A stretch of 64,000 nt of DNA, taken from assembly GCA_963837825.1 (NCBI GenBank), contig CAWIOR010000015.1, forward strand, positions 390,235 through 454,234. The letters are read 5' to 3'. Both the position numbers and the translations under genes were made by a program. The notes below the pieces were generated by a model. The model had not been told where the DNA came from. It made no database searches and saw only the letters and a program-made list of their open reading frames with translations. This document shows, in pieces, positions 21,634 through 31,540 of the stretch. Every line of letters starts with the position of its first letter. The stretch's first letter is position 1. This stretch comes from an uncultured Chloroflexia bacterium (GTDB lineage Bacteria; Chloroflexota; Limnocylindria; Limnocylindrales; CSP1-4).

Positions 21634-21897
21634 GGTCCGCCCCGTCCTGCCCCTGCACGGTGCCCGGGCGATGAGTGCCTGGTTTCCGGGGGCGACGAGT
21701 ACCGCTGGCGATGAGTGCCGCTCATGCCGAGCTCCGAACCGGAGCCCGGCTGCCTCGCCACGCGCGCGCGTCGAGGCGCAGCGCCGCACGGCTCGACTGA
21801 GCTGCATGACCGGGGCTCATGTCCGATCGGCGGGTGCGCCGCGCCGTGCCGAGACGCCCCTGCACGGCACCCGGCCGACTGGAGCCGGACGCTGCCT

Positions 21898-22402
21898 CTA
21901 CCAGCCGGAGCTGCCCGGCTCGCCCTTGAACGGCCCGACGATCCGGGAGGTCACCCAGCCGCCGTAGAAGCGTCCCGGCTGCGGGGTTGCGAGCTCGTCC
22001 CCGACCCAGGCCTGGTCGACGAGGCCGGCATAGAACGCGAGGTAGCCCGGCGATCGACTCGAAGCCCGGCAATGGGCGCTCGTAGGACCAGCCGATGTGC
22101 TCGATCCGCAGCCCGCGCCCGTCGTCGTAGGTCCAGTAACCGGCCTGTCCCTTCCACTCGCAGACGGTGCCGTGCGGGCTCCGCTGGAGCCGCTCCAGGC
22201 GGACGTCCTCGGGCGGGAAGTAGTAGACGGGCGGCCCGGCCGTCTCGAGGACCCGGAGCCCGCGCGTCGTCTCGGCCAGGGTCATCCCGTCGACCACGAC
22301 CCGCAGCCGCTCGGGGACGGGCTCGACCCGCGGCGGCCGGAGGTAGTCCCAGACCGACTCCTGGTCCGGGCCGGGGACGACGCGCTCCGGTCTCACCGAC
22401 AT
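21898..22402 (-). pseudogene. DUF427 domain-containing protein (one frameshift near 22050 as assembled)
   Basis: VVVDGMTLAETTRGLRVLETAGPPVYYFPPEDV and HGTVCEWKGQAGYW. The tail YLAFYAGLVDQAWVGDE...GEPGSSGW is in a second frame. The start ATG overlaps the stop of the fur-family gene. Confidence 0.7.
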
Positions 22403-22830
22403 GCCGCGCACCGCCCGACGATCGTCACGTGGCTGAGATCGACCGCGAACCCCCGACTCGCCTCGAGCGAGCCGACCAGGGTCGCGGCCTCGTCCGGCCC
22501 GATCTCCCAGGTCCCGCCGCAGCTCGAGCAGTGCAGATGCCCATGCTCGGTCTCGGGCAGGACATGGAACTCCTCGCGCCCGTCGGCGCCGTGTCCGTGG
22601 CGGACGAGGCCGAGGCCCTCGAGGACGTCGAGCGTCCGGTAGACGGTCGACGGGGTCGTCTCGGGATCGAGCGCCCGACAGCGCTCGACGAGCTCGCTCC
22701 CGGTGACGTGCCCGTCGGTCCGCGACAGGACCTCGACGAGCGTCCGCCGCTGGGGCGTCCAGCGCAGGCCGCGCTCGTGGAGGCGGTCGCGGAGCGGAGC
22801 CCAGGCGTCGGCCGGTGCCGTCGCGGTCAC
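22393..22830 (-). CDS. Fur-family transcriptional regulator (Zur/Nur-like)
   Basis: Intact. Contains LRWTPQRRTLVEVL, VTGSELVERC, STVYRTLDVLEGLGLV, HGHLHCSSCG and CAAC. The GTG start overlaps the upstream stop (GTGA). Confidence 0.8.
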   Translation of the reverse strand: MTATAPADAWAPLRDRLHERGLRWTPQRRTLVEVLSRTDGHVTGSELVERCRALDPETTPSTVYRTLDVLEGLGLVRHGHGADGREEFHVLPETEHGHLHCSSCGGTWEIGPDEAATLVGSLEASRGFAVDLSHVTIVGRCAACR

Positions 22831-23836
22831 GACCCGATGAACCCGAAGATCCGATCGAGCTCGGGCAGCAGCGCCCTCGAGCTGGAACAGGAACAGGAGG
22901 CCGACGACCAGGCTGAATGCGCCCGCCGCCGTTCCGAAGACCACGTACAGCGCGCTGCCGCGCCTGGCTGGCCACGAAGCCCGTCGACGAGACGACGACG
23001 ACGATCGTGTTCGAGATGAGCAGCCCGACGACGAAGGCGATCATCATCGGGATCCCCAGTCCGGCGCCGGACGCTCCGCCCACGGCGGCGATGATCAGGA
23101 CCTGGCTGCCGGTCTCGGCGCCGACCCCGTGGATCATCCCGACGCCGAACGCCGTGCGTGGACCGTACGAGGACATCTCGAGCGGCTCGACGTGGGCGTG
23201 GCCATGCAGCTTCGCCTGGACCCGCCGCCACGTGTAGCGGACCGAGTCGAAGACCAGCATCCAGCGGCTGCGCAGCCGGAACTCGGTCCCGAAGCGGACG
23301 TACTGGTAGAGCGAGACGAAGACCCACACCCCGAGGATGACCAGGGTCAGCCCGACGACCCGGCTCAGGATCGGGTCGATCCAGTCCGGGAGGATCGCGC
23401 CGAACGACAGGGCCGCCAGCCCGAGGACCGCGACGACCGACGCGTGGCCCAGCGCGTAGAGCGTCCCGAGTGCGATCGCGTGGCGCTGCTCCGCGGCGAG
23501 CCGGGCCCGGGTCGGTAGCGGGACGGGGGCGAGCGGGAGGGCCAGCGTCGCCGCGCCGGGACCCAGGTCGTGAGCGTGGAGCTCGCCGGGGCCGCCGTGG
23601 CCGTGACGATGACCGTCGGTGATCGCGGCCATGGCGCGGTGCTGCTCGCCGTGCGCGGCGGTCCCCGCATCCGCTGTCGCTGTCGTGCTCGTGATGTCGG
23701 TGATCGCGGCGATATGGTCCCAGTCGATCCCGTGGCGGATCCCGAGAAGAGCAGCGGTGACGAGCAGCCCGACCGTCTGGGGCGTGGCGTCCAGGGCGAG
23801 CAGCGGGAGGGCGAGCCCGAACGGCGGTTCGACCAC
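22827..23836 (-). pseudogene. NicO-family nickel/cobalt transporter with His-rich loop (two frame switches near the 3' end as assembled)
   Basis: LLGIRHGIDWDHIAAITD is the family signature. The His-rich loop is HGEQH...GHRHGHGGPGELHAH. A second half carries GMIHGVGAETG. The tail LLPELDRIFGFIGS is in another frame. Confidence 0.7.
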
Positions 23837-23851
23837 GATGGGGGTTCCCTG

Positions 23852-23877
23852 TTATTGCATCTAGTTGCGATAGCATC
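23852..23877 (-). promoter_or_regulatory. AT-rich patch upstream of the NicO-Fur-DUF427 operon; candidate promoter and metalloregulator operator
   Basis: ttattgcatctagttgcgatagcatc is the only AT-rich stretch in this neighbourhood and lies 16 nt from the NicO GTG. Two TTGC(A/G) half-sites are 10 bp apart. Confidence 0.3.
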
Positions 23878-23982
23878 GCCGGGCGACGATCGCCCGTCAA
23901 CCAGTACGCCGGTCGACGTGGATCGGATGGGCGGCGCGGACCCGTCCGGGCTCGTCCGGGCTCGCGGGTATCGTCCCCGACG

Positions 23983-24528
23983 ATGGGCATCCGGGTGATC
24001 CTCGGCCATGGGGCCTCGGGCACGGCGGCGAGCATGGCCCCGTTCGTCGACGGGTTGCGGGCGCGCGGCATCGGGGCGACCGCCGTCGACCTGCCCCGGC
24101 GCAAGGCGGAGGACGTCGTGCCGCGCTGGCTCGAGCTGGCCCCGCCCGGTCCGGACGTCGTCGTCGGCGGCCACTCGTTCGGGGGACGGGTCGCCAGCCT
24201 CGCGGCGGCGGCCGCGGGGGGCGGGGCGGGCGGGGCGATGGCCGGCTATCGCGGCCTCGTCTGCTTCTCCTACCCGCTCCACCGACCCGGGTCGCCCGAG
24301 CTCGGCCCGCGGATCGCCCACTGGCCGGCGATCGCCTGCCCGGCCCTGCTCCTGTCCGGAGCGTCGGACCCGTTCGCCCGGATCGACCTCCTGCGCGCGG
24401 CCATGGGGTCGCTCCCGCGCGGCGAGCTGGTCACCTACCCGCGCCTGGGCCACGGGCTCAAGCCGGTCCTCGACGATGTCCTCGACCGGGTCGCGGCGTT
24501 CATCCGATCCCTGCCCGATCCGGACTGA
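23983..24528 (+). CDS. Alpha/beta hydrolase (KANL3/Tex30-like small hydrolase)
   Basis: Intact 181 aa. Nucleophile elbow VVGGHSFGG. The C-terminal H of LGHGL fits a catalytic His. Confidence 0.65.
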   Translation: MGIRVILGHGASGTAASMAPFVDGLRARGIGATAVDLPRRKAEDVVPRWLELAPPGPDVVVGGHSFGGRVASLAAAAAGGGAGGAMAGYRGLVCFSYPLHRPGSPELGPRIAHWPAIACPALLLSGASDPFARIDLLRAAMGSLPRGELVTYPRLGHGLKPVLDDVLDRVAAFIRSLPDPD

Positions 24529-24596
24529 GTCTGGACGGCGCATCTTGGCACGGCGGAAGGCGCCCGAGCAGCGTCGAATTCGACTACGCTCCCGGC

Positions 24597-25580
24597 GTGG
24601 CCAGCCAGCGGGACGAACCGATCCGGATCGGCTTCCAGGTCTGGGGCCAGTTCGTCGGCTGGGACGAGCTGATGGCGAGCGGCGAGCGGATCGAGGCGCT
24701 CGGCTTCGCCGGCCTGTTCGCCAACGACCACCTGATGCCGGTCCTCGGTGGCCGCGATGGCCCCGTCGTGGGACCGTCCGGACCGGTCTTCGAGGCCTGG
24801 CTGACGCTCGCCGGGTGGGCCTCGCGGACGAGCCGGATCCCGCTCGGTGTGCTGGTCTGTGGGGCCGGCTACCGCAACCTCGGACTGACCGTGCGGATGG
24901 CCACCACCCTCGACCACCTGAGCGGCGGCCGGGCGATCCTCGGGCTCGGGGCAGGCTGGCACGAGCCCGAGCACCTGGCCTACGGGTTCGCCTTCCCGTC
25001 GCTCGGCGAGCGGATCACCCGGCTCGACGAGGCGGCCCGCGTGGCACGCGGCCTGCTCGACGGCGAGACGGTCACCTTCGACGGCTCGTGGGTCACGGCC
25101 CACGAGCTGCGCAACGACCCGCCGCCGGTCCGCGGCCGGCTGCCGCTGCTCATCGGCGCGAGCGGGGAGAAACGCGCCCTCCGGATCGTCGCCCGCGACG
25201 CCGACATCTGGAACGGCGAGGGGGACCCCGGGACGTTCGCTCGCAAGAACGCGATCCTCGACGACCACTGCCGTGCGGTCGGTCGCGATCCGGCCGACAT
25301 CCGGCGGACGGCCGGGATCCCGCCGATCTGCATCCGCGACACGCGGGCCGGGGCGGTCGGCGCGCTCGCCGCCATCCTCGCCCAGCACGACCGGACCCCG
25401 GCCGAGGCGCGTGCCTGGGCCGAGGCCTCGCCGCTCGCCGACACCGACGAGGCCGTCGCCGCCTGGCTCCGCGCGATGCGGGCCGCCGGCGCCGAGGAGG
25501 TGGTCGCCGACTGGCCGTCGCCGTCCGACGACGAGACGCTCGAGCGGCTGGCCGGCCCGGTCCGCGAGCGCCTGGCCTAG
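24597..25580 (+). CDS. LLM-class F420-dependent oxidoreductase
   Basis: Intact 327 aa. Luciferase-like pattern IGFQVWGQ..., FANDHLMP, LGLGAGWHEPEHLAYGF and LLIGASGEKRALRIVA. Confidence 0.75.
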   Translation: MASQRDEPIRIGFQVWGQFVGWDELMASGERIEALGFAGLFANDHLMPVLGGRDGPVVGPSGPVFEAWLTLAGWASRTSRIPLGVLVCGAGYRNLGLTVRMATTLDHLSGGRAILGLGAGWHEPEHLAYGFAFPSLGERITRLDEAARVARGLLDGETVTFDGSWVTAHELRNDPPPVRGRLPLLIGASGEKRALRIVARDADIWNGEGDPGTFARKNAILDDHCRAVGRDPADIRRTAGIPPICIRDTRAGAVGALAAILAQHDRTPAEARAWAEASPLADTDEAVAAWLRAMRAAGAEEVVADWPSPSDDETLERLAGPVRERLA

Positions 25581-26437
25581 ACCGGGTGCGCCGCGAGGTA
25601 CTGCTCGATCCGCTCGAGGTTGACCCGCGCGGAGTCGACCGCCCGTTCCTCCCAGGCGAACACGCAGCTGGTGAGGATCCCGTCGAAGCCGACCGCCCGG
25701 AGGGCCGAGAAGAAGGCGTCCCAGTCGACCTCGCCCTGGCCGATGTCGAGGTGCTGGTGGACACGCGCCGTCGAGCCCGGCGGGTTGACGATGTAGCGCA
25801 GGCCGGACGACGCCCGGTGGTCGAACACGTCGGCGACGTGGACCTGGCGGAGGACCGGCGCCGCGTAGCGGATCATCGCCTCGACGTCGCCGCCGAGGTG
25901 GAACGTGTGCGGCGCGCAGAAGAGGTAGCCGACGTTCGGCCGGTCGATCCCACGGACGAGGTCGACCGCCGGCTCATTGCGCTCGATGAAGTCGTCCGGG
26001 TGGGCCTCCAGGTTGAGCGCGATGCCCTCCCGCTCGAAGATCGGGAGGAGCTCCTCGAGGGAGCGCCAGAACTGCGCCTCGCTCTCCGCCGCCCGCTCCG
26101 GACGCCCGTTGAACTCGGAGTTCATGGTCGTGCAGCCGAGCTCGACCGTCAGCTGGATGGCTCGTTTCCAGTAGCGGACCGCCGCCTGGCGCTCGTCCTC
26201 GTCGGGGCCGGACCAGTGGTACAGCGGGAGGACCGACGACAGCTCGACGCCGTGGTCGCGGAGGGCCTTGCGGAACTCGGCGACCCGTGCCTTGTCCGCC
26301 CGGGGATGGACGAAGAACGGGCTGAAGTCCGTCCGCGGCGAGAGCTCGATGTAGCGATAGCCGACCTCGGCCGCGATCCGACAGACCTCGCCGAACGGAA
26401 GCTCCCGGAGCATGTACGGGTCGAGCGCGATCTTCAC
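25577..26437 (-). CDS. Sugar phosphate isomerase/epimerase (xylose-isomerase-like TIM barrel)
   Basis: Intact from the GTG at 26437. Contains GYRYIELS, LNLEAHPDDF, VHVADV and WDAFFSALRAVGFDG. The start lies 2 nt from the stop of the 866-aa gene. Confidence 0.8.
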   Translation of the reverse strand: MKIALDPYMLRELPFGEVCRIAAEVGYRYIELSPRTDFSPFFVHPRADKARVAEFRKALRDHGVELSSVLPLYHWSGPDEDERQAAVRYWKRAIQLTVELGCTTMNSEFNGRPERAAESEAQFWRSLEELLPIFEREGIALNLEAHPDDFIERNEPAVDLVRGIDRPNVGYLFCAPHTFHLGGDVEAMIRYAAPVLRQVHVADVFDHRASSGLRYIVNPPGSTARVHQHLDIGQGEVDWDAFFSALRAVGFDGILTSCVFAWEERAVDSARVNLERIEQYLAAHPV

Positions 26438-26438
26438 C

Positions 26439-29036
26439 TCAGTCCACCTCCTGCCTGGTCCGGTCGAGCCGGGTGCGTAACGTCGCCGCGCTGTCCGCCA
26501 GGAAGTCGACCATCCGGCGCCGGTCCGCCGGGCGCTCGACGGCCGCCATCGACTCGACCCAGCGGCGCGCCCCGTCGATGACGTCGAGGACGACCCCGGC
26601 CTCGTCGGCGATGAACAGCGGGCGGTCGACGACCTCGACATAGACCGGCGAGGTATGGGCCGCCATGCTCGTCGCGAAGGCCGACCGGATCCGACGGTCG
26701 CTCCGCGATCTGGCGGCGATCCAGGAGCCCGAGCGGATCTCGACCGTGGCGTCCAGGCCCAGCTCGTCGGTCGCGGCGGCGGCGGTCTCCGCGGCCACGA
26801 CCCGCCCGTTCACGACGAGCTCGACCGTCGTGATCATCGGTTGGGCGGCCTTCGCCGACACCCGGACCTGGAGACGCCCGCCGGACGCCGGCAGGGCGAG
26901 GACGTCGCCGGGCTCGTGGCCGTCGACCGACAGCTCGAGGGTCGGGCCCGACGTGGCGAACGTCCGCCCGGCGCGGATCGCGGCGGCCCAGGCCTCCGGC
27001 GATCGCGGCTCGTCCGGGTCGACGCGGGCATAGGTCCGCACCGCGCCGAGCGGGACCTCGGCGGACATCTTGTCGGTGCCGCCCAGGACGGGCAACCGGT
27101 AGCCGAGGTCGAGGAACCGGTACCACTCGAGGATCGACGGGTTGTCGAGTCCGGGCGCGAAGCACTGCATCTCGACGGCGTCGATCCGGCCGGCCACGAT
27201 GTCGGCCGCGATCTCCGCGTAGGGCAGCGGGAAGTGAGCGGCCACGACCAGCCCGTCCGCGTCGTGGCAGCGATCCGCCCAGTCGGCGAGCAGCTCGGTC
27301 AGCGCTCCGCCGATAGGGCCCTCCGGAGGACCGGCGCCGGCCATCGGCAGGACCGGCCGGCGCGCCCCGAGCAGGCCGAGGTGGCCGAGCACGGCCTGTC
27401 GGTTCTCGGTCCCGACGACCACCCGGTGGCTCCCGGACGGATCGCCCATCGACCCCCACGGCAGGTCGGTCACCCCGGTGAAGTGGTCGCCCCACTGGGT
27501 GGCCAGCAGGTGGACGATCGAGACGTCCTCGGCGGCGGCCTGGAGGAGCGCCGTCGACGGGGCGAGGAAGTGGACGTGCGAGTCGGCCGTCATCCAGCCC
27601 GCCGCTCGCAGGTCGATCGGTCGGTCGAGCCTCAGCTCCCGCTGGCGCGTCGTCGGCTCGATGACGATCTCCGCACCGATCGGGCGGTGGTCGAAGCCCT
27701 TGACGACCTCGACCCGGACCGGCCCGCGCGGGAGGTCGATCTCGAACCGGCCGGGAACGTAGGCGTAGGTCGCCCGTCCGAGGACGAGGCCAGCCCCGGT
27801 GTCCTCGTACAGCCCGGGGTTGATCTCCGCGCGGTGGCCGACCGGCGGCAGGTAGCGGCCGTCCGGCGCGACGAACCGGACCCGGCAGGGAGTCGGGTCC
27901 ACGCCGTCGGCGCCGAGGACCGTGAAGGTGACCCTCACGTCCCGTGCGGGCAGGGCCTCGATGGTCAGCGTCCCGTCCGGGCTGGTCGCCGGGCCGGACT
28001 CGAGAGCGTCGAGAGGGACCGCCCATCCCCCGATCCGGAGGTTGGCGTCGGCGGCCGCTGCGACGTCGAGGACGACCGTCGTCGGCGCGTCGGGCGGCGC
28101 CCCCGGGACGGCCGAGCCCCAACCGATCGGGCCCGGGATGTCCGACGGCACCTCGCCCGGGACCGACGACCGGATGACCATCCCGAGGTCGACCGTCGGG
28201 TCGGGTCGGGCGGGACCGCGTCCGCTGAGGAGGATCTGCCGGCGCGGCCGGAGGACGAGGGGATCGGCCGTCCCGTCGAACAGGGTGATCGCGGCCACCG
28301 CCACGTCGCCGCCCGGCCCGCCCGGCCCGTGCGGCTCCAGGACGAGCCTGGACAGCCGGACGGTCCGGCCGAGCGCGATCGAGTGGAGCCACAGCAGCGC
28401 GTCGTCGTCGGGACTCGGGACGAAGTCGGCGACGCCGGTCTGGGCCGGGCCCCACGCTCCCGGCAGGACGGTCAGCGGCCCGGCGTGACCGGCCGCGGCG
28501 TAGCGACCGCCAGACTGGCGCGGGTGAGGACCGCGCCAGTCGATCGCCTCGTCGGAGCGATGGCCGACGGCCAGGAACGCCTGCGCCCCCCAGCCGAGGA
28601 TCCCCTCGTTGACCTCGAACCGGCGGCGGACGACGACCGCCAGCCGGCCCCCGTCGACGTCGACGGTCGTGTAACGGGCGAGCGGCTCGCCGATCGGCTC
28701 GACCCAGCCGACCGGCACGCCGGCCGGCCGATCGCCGGCCGGGTCGTGCCGCGCGTCGCAGAAGTGCGCCACCACCACGTGGCTGGCCGGCAGCGTCCCG
28801 GTCAGATCGATCGTGGTCGGCCCGTCGACGACGATCCAGCGCCGCCCCTCCGACCGCGAACCGAGCCGGAACGGGAGGCCGCGGAACACCTGCTCGCCCT
28901 CGGGCAGGCGGCCGACGGCCGCCCGGTAGAGCGGGTGGAACCGGGCCGCGAGCTCGTCGTCCGACGCGTTCCACGCCGCGGACAGGTCGACCGGCGAGGC
29001 GCCAGGGTGCCGGAGCGCGACCCCAGAGACGACCAA
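26439..29036 (-). CDS. Large multidomain protein: uncharacterised N-terminal half, CarboxypepD_reg-like beta-sandwich, CehA/McbA (PHP-type) metallohydrolase domain
   Basis: Uninterrupted frame. Proposed TTG start at 29036, 8 nt after gggaga. VRVTFTVLGADGVDPTPCRVRFVAPDGRYLPP looks like a beta-sandwich. GWMTADSHVHF, VVAAHFPLPY and LGGTDKM look like PHP/CehA metal motifs. Confidence 0.6.
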   Translation of the reverse strand: MVVSGVALRHPGASPVDLSAAWNASDDELAARFHPLYRAAVGRLPEGEQVFRGLPFRLGSRSEGRRWIVVDGPTTIDLTGTLPASHVVVAHFCDARHDPAGDRPAGVPVGWVEPIGEPLARYTTVDVDGGRLAVVVRRRFEVNEGILGWGAQAFLAVGHRSDEAIDWRGPHPRQSGGRYAAAGHAGPLTVLPGAWGPAQTGVADFVPSPDDDALLWLHSIALGRTVRLSRLVLEPHGPGGPGGDVAVAAITLFDGTADPLVLRPRRQILLSGRGPARPDPTVDLGMVIRSSVPGEVPSDIPGPIGWGSAVPGAPPDAPTTVVLDVAAAADANLRIGGWAVPLDALESGPATSPDGTLTIEALPARDVRVTFTVLGADGVDPTPCRVRFVAPDGRYLPPVGHRAEINPGLYEDTGAGLVLGRATYAYVPGRFEIDLPRGPVRVEVVKGFDHRPIGAEIVIEPTTRQRELRLDRPIDLRAAGWMTADSHVHFLAPSTALLQAAAEDVSIVHLLATQWGDHFTGVTDLPWGSMGDPSGSHRVVVGTENRQAVLGHLGLLGARRPVLPMAGAGPPEGPIGGALTELLADWADRCHDADGLVVAAHFPLPYAEIAADIVAGRIDAVEMQCFAPGLDNPSILEWYRFLDLGYRLPVLGGTDKMSAEVPLGAVRTYARVDPDEPRSPEAWAAAIRAGRTFATSGPTLELSVDGHEPGDVLALPASGGRLQVRVSAKAAQPMITTVELVVNGRVVAAETAAAATDELGLDATVEIRSGSWIAARSRSDRRIRSAFATSMAAHTSPVYVEVVDRPLFIADEAGVVLDVIDGARRWVESMAAVERPADRRRMVDFLADSAATLRTRLDRTRQEVD

Positions 29037-29123
29037 GCCCGATGTCTCCCGTGGCGTATTGACGTCGTGCGAATCCGGATGGTACCGTCGTGCAATCGGT
29101 TGCACAAGGAGGGTGCGCGGAGG

Positions 29124-30359
29124 ATGCCGGGCCCGGGTCTGGAGCTCGTCGGAGCGGAGGAGCTGGCCGAGGTCACCGAGGTCCTGGCGAGCGGCCACCT
29201 GAGCCGCTACGGCCCCGATGACGCGACCTTCCCGGCCAAGGTGCGCCGGTTCGAGGAGACCGTCGCCGAGCTGGCCGGCACGAACCACGCCCTCGCCCTC
29301 AACTCCGGCACGAGCGGCCTGTTCCTGGCCCTGGTCGGATCGGGGATCGGTCCGGGCGACGAGGTCATCGTGCCGGGCTTCACGTTCGTCGCGACGATCA
29401 GCGCGGTCATCTACGCCCGAGCCCGGCCGGTCCTGGCCGAGGTCGACGAGACGTTCAACCTGGACCCCGGCGACGTCGAGGCGCGGATCACCCCCCGGAC
29501 CCGGGCGATCATCGCGGTCCACATGCTCGGCAATCCGGCCCGCATCCGCGAGCTGAAGGCGGTCGCCGACCGGCACGGGCTGGTCTTCATCGAGGACTGC
29601 GCCCAGGCCTTCGGGGCGACCTACGGCGGGCGCTGGGTCGGTGGGTACGGAGCGGCCGGGATCTACAGCTTCAACGAGTTCAAGACGATCACCTGTGGCG
29701 ACGGCGGCCTGCTGGTCACCGACGACGAGGGTCTCTACCGGCGCTGCTTCGCGATGCACGACCAGGGCCACCGCCGAACCGGCGCGGGATCGAGGTCGGG
29801 GCGCGCCCGTTCCTCGGTCTGAACTTCCGGATGACCGAGCTCGAGGGTGCCGTCCTGCTCGCCCAGGTGCGCCGACTCGACCGGATCCGCGAGCACCTCC
29901 GGGCCAATCGGGCGATCGTCGAGGAGATCATCGGCGAGGTGCCCGGGATCCGGTTCCGGGAGCTGCCCGGACCCGGACGGCGACCTGGCCACCCACCTGG
30001 TCGTGATCTTCCCCGACGCGAACATCGCCGGCGCGGTGACCGGCGGAGCTCGGCTCGATCACCCTGGCCACCAGCGGCTGGCATGTCTACACCCACATGG
30101 AGCACGTCCTGGCGGGCCGGACGATCACCGGTCGCGGCTGTCCGTTCGATTGCCCGTGCACCGACGGGCGCCCGGCCGACTACCGGCGCCGGCATGCTCC
30201 CGGCGACCGACCGACTGCTCGAGCGCTCGATGAGCTTCGCGATCGGCGTCCTCGATCCGAACCTCGCCCCGTTCGGCATCGCGGATGCGCGACGACCGCG
30301 ACGGCGCGGCGGCCAAGGCCGAGCGGTTCCGCGCCGTCGCCCTCCGGCACCTGACCTAG
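29124..30359 (+). pseudogene. DegT/DnrJ/EryC1/StrS-family PLP aminotransferase (frameshifted as assembled)
   Basis: LNSGTSGLFLALVGSGIGPGDEVIVPGFTFVAT, AIIAVHMLGNPA and the PLP-lysine context YSFNEFKTITCGDGG. The tail GLNFRMTELEGAVLLAQVRRL is in other frames. Confidence 0.8.
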
Positions 30360-30373
30360 CCGCCAGGCAGGCG

Positions 30374-31540
30374 ATGGCCAGCGAGTCGGATCCCGTGCGA
30401 CGCCGGATCACCCTCGACGACGTCGCCGTGGCAGCCGGCGTGTCGCGTGCCACGGCATCGCGAGCGCTCGGCGACAACCCGCGGATCAGCGCCAGGACCC
30501 GGACATCCGTCCGAGCCTGGGCGGAGCGACTCCACTATGTCCCCAACGCGGCCGCCCGGAGCCTGCGCGTCCGGCGGACCCGGACCCTCGGGCTGCTCCT
30601 GGCGGACCTCATGCGACCCGGTCCACGACCAGGTGGCGGCCGGGTTCGAGCTCGAGGCCGGCGAGGCCGGCTACACCGTCATCGTCGTGGCCGGGCTGAA
30701 CGAGCCGAACCGCGAGCGTCGGGCGCTCAAGGTCTTCGCCGAGCACGGGACTGACGGGGTCGCGCTCGTGTCGAGCGTCCTCGATCCGGCCGAGGTCGCC
30801 CGCCGGACGCGGTCGGACCGGCTGGTCCTCGTCCAGCCCGACCATGCCAGCCTGCGCCCACATCGCGACGGGTTGCCACCGGGGATCATCCAGACCGACG
30901 ACGCCGCCGGGATCGAGCTGGCGGTCGACCATCTCGTCGACGAGCGGGTACCGCGACATCGGTTACGTCGGGGCCGGGACCCTGCCGTCGAACCGGGTCC
31001 GCCGGGACGCTGCCGCCGAGACCCTCCGCCGGCACGGCATCCGCCGGCCGCTCCGTCGGTTCGGGGCCCGCGTCGACGGCTGGCGGGCGCCGAGCGCGGT
31101 GGCCGCCCGGATCGCCCGCGACCTGCCCGAGGCGCTGATCTGCTACGACGACAAGCTGGCCCTCGCCCTCATCGACGGCCTGCGCGACCGTGGGATCCGG
31201 GTGCCTGCGGATGTCGCCGTGGTCGGCTTCGACGGGATCCCGTTCGCCGAGATCTCGAACCCGCGGCTGACGACGCTCGTCGCGCCGACCAACGAGATGG
31301 GTCGGCTGGCCGCCCGGGCCCTGGTCGACCGCCATCGGGAGCGGCCAGCTGCCGCCGGCGATCGCCCTGCCGGTCGAGCTCGCGGTCCGCGAGAGCACGC
31401 CTCCGCTCGCGCCCGAGCGACGACCGTCGCGGGTCGCCGGAGGGTCCAAGGCCCGGGTCGTCCGTCCTCCGGCCAGCCGGCCCGTCCGCCGCCGGCCCGC
31501 TCTCGTCGCGTCTGCAGCCGGAGCCCCTGCCCGTGACTGA
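30374..31540 (+). pseudogene. LacI-family transcriptional regulator (frameshifted as assembled; 3' end uncertain)
   Basis: HTH ITLDDVAVAAGVSRATASRALG...RTSVRAWAERLHYVPNAAARSLR. Sugar-binding fold with DVAVVGFDGIPFAEISNPRLTTL and PVELAVRES. Confidence 0.8.

Noticed and set aside
24573-24584. Perfect 12-bp palindrome gtcgaattcgac, 13 nt upstream of the LLM oxidoreductase start.
   Set aside because: Roughly a dozen or more perfect 12-bp palindromes are expected by chance in 64 kb. There is no second site and no adjacent regulator, so the evidence is too weak to call an operator.
26434-29822. Very long antisense or out-of-frame ORFs, for example 26434..28974(-) at 846 aa and 26655..29822(+) at 1055 aa. 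Elsewhere the same applies to 1373..3295, 24008..26581, 44180..46825 and 46888..49155.
   Set aside because: Their translations are monotonous Arg/Pro/Gly/Ala strings typical of stop-poor alternative frames in GC-rich DNA. They overlap frames that carry clear protein motifs, so they are not genes.
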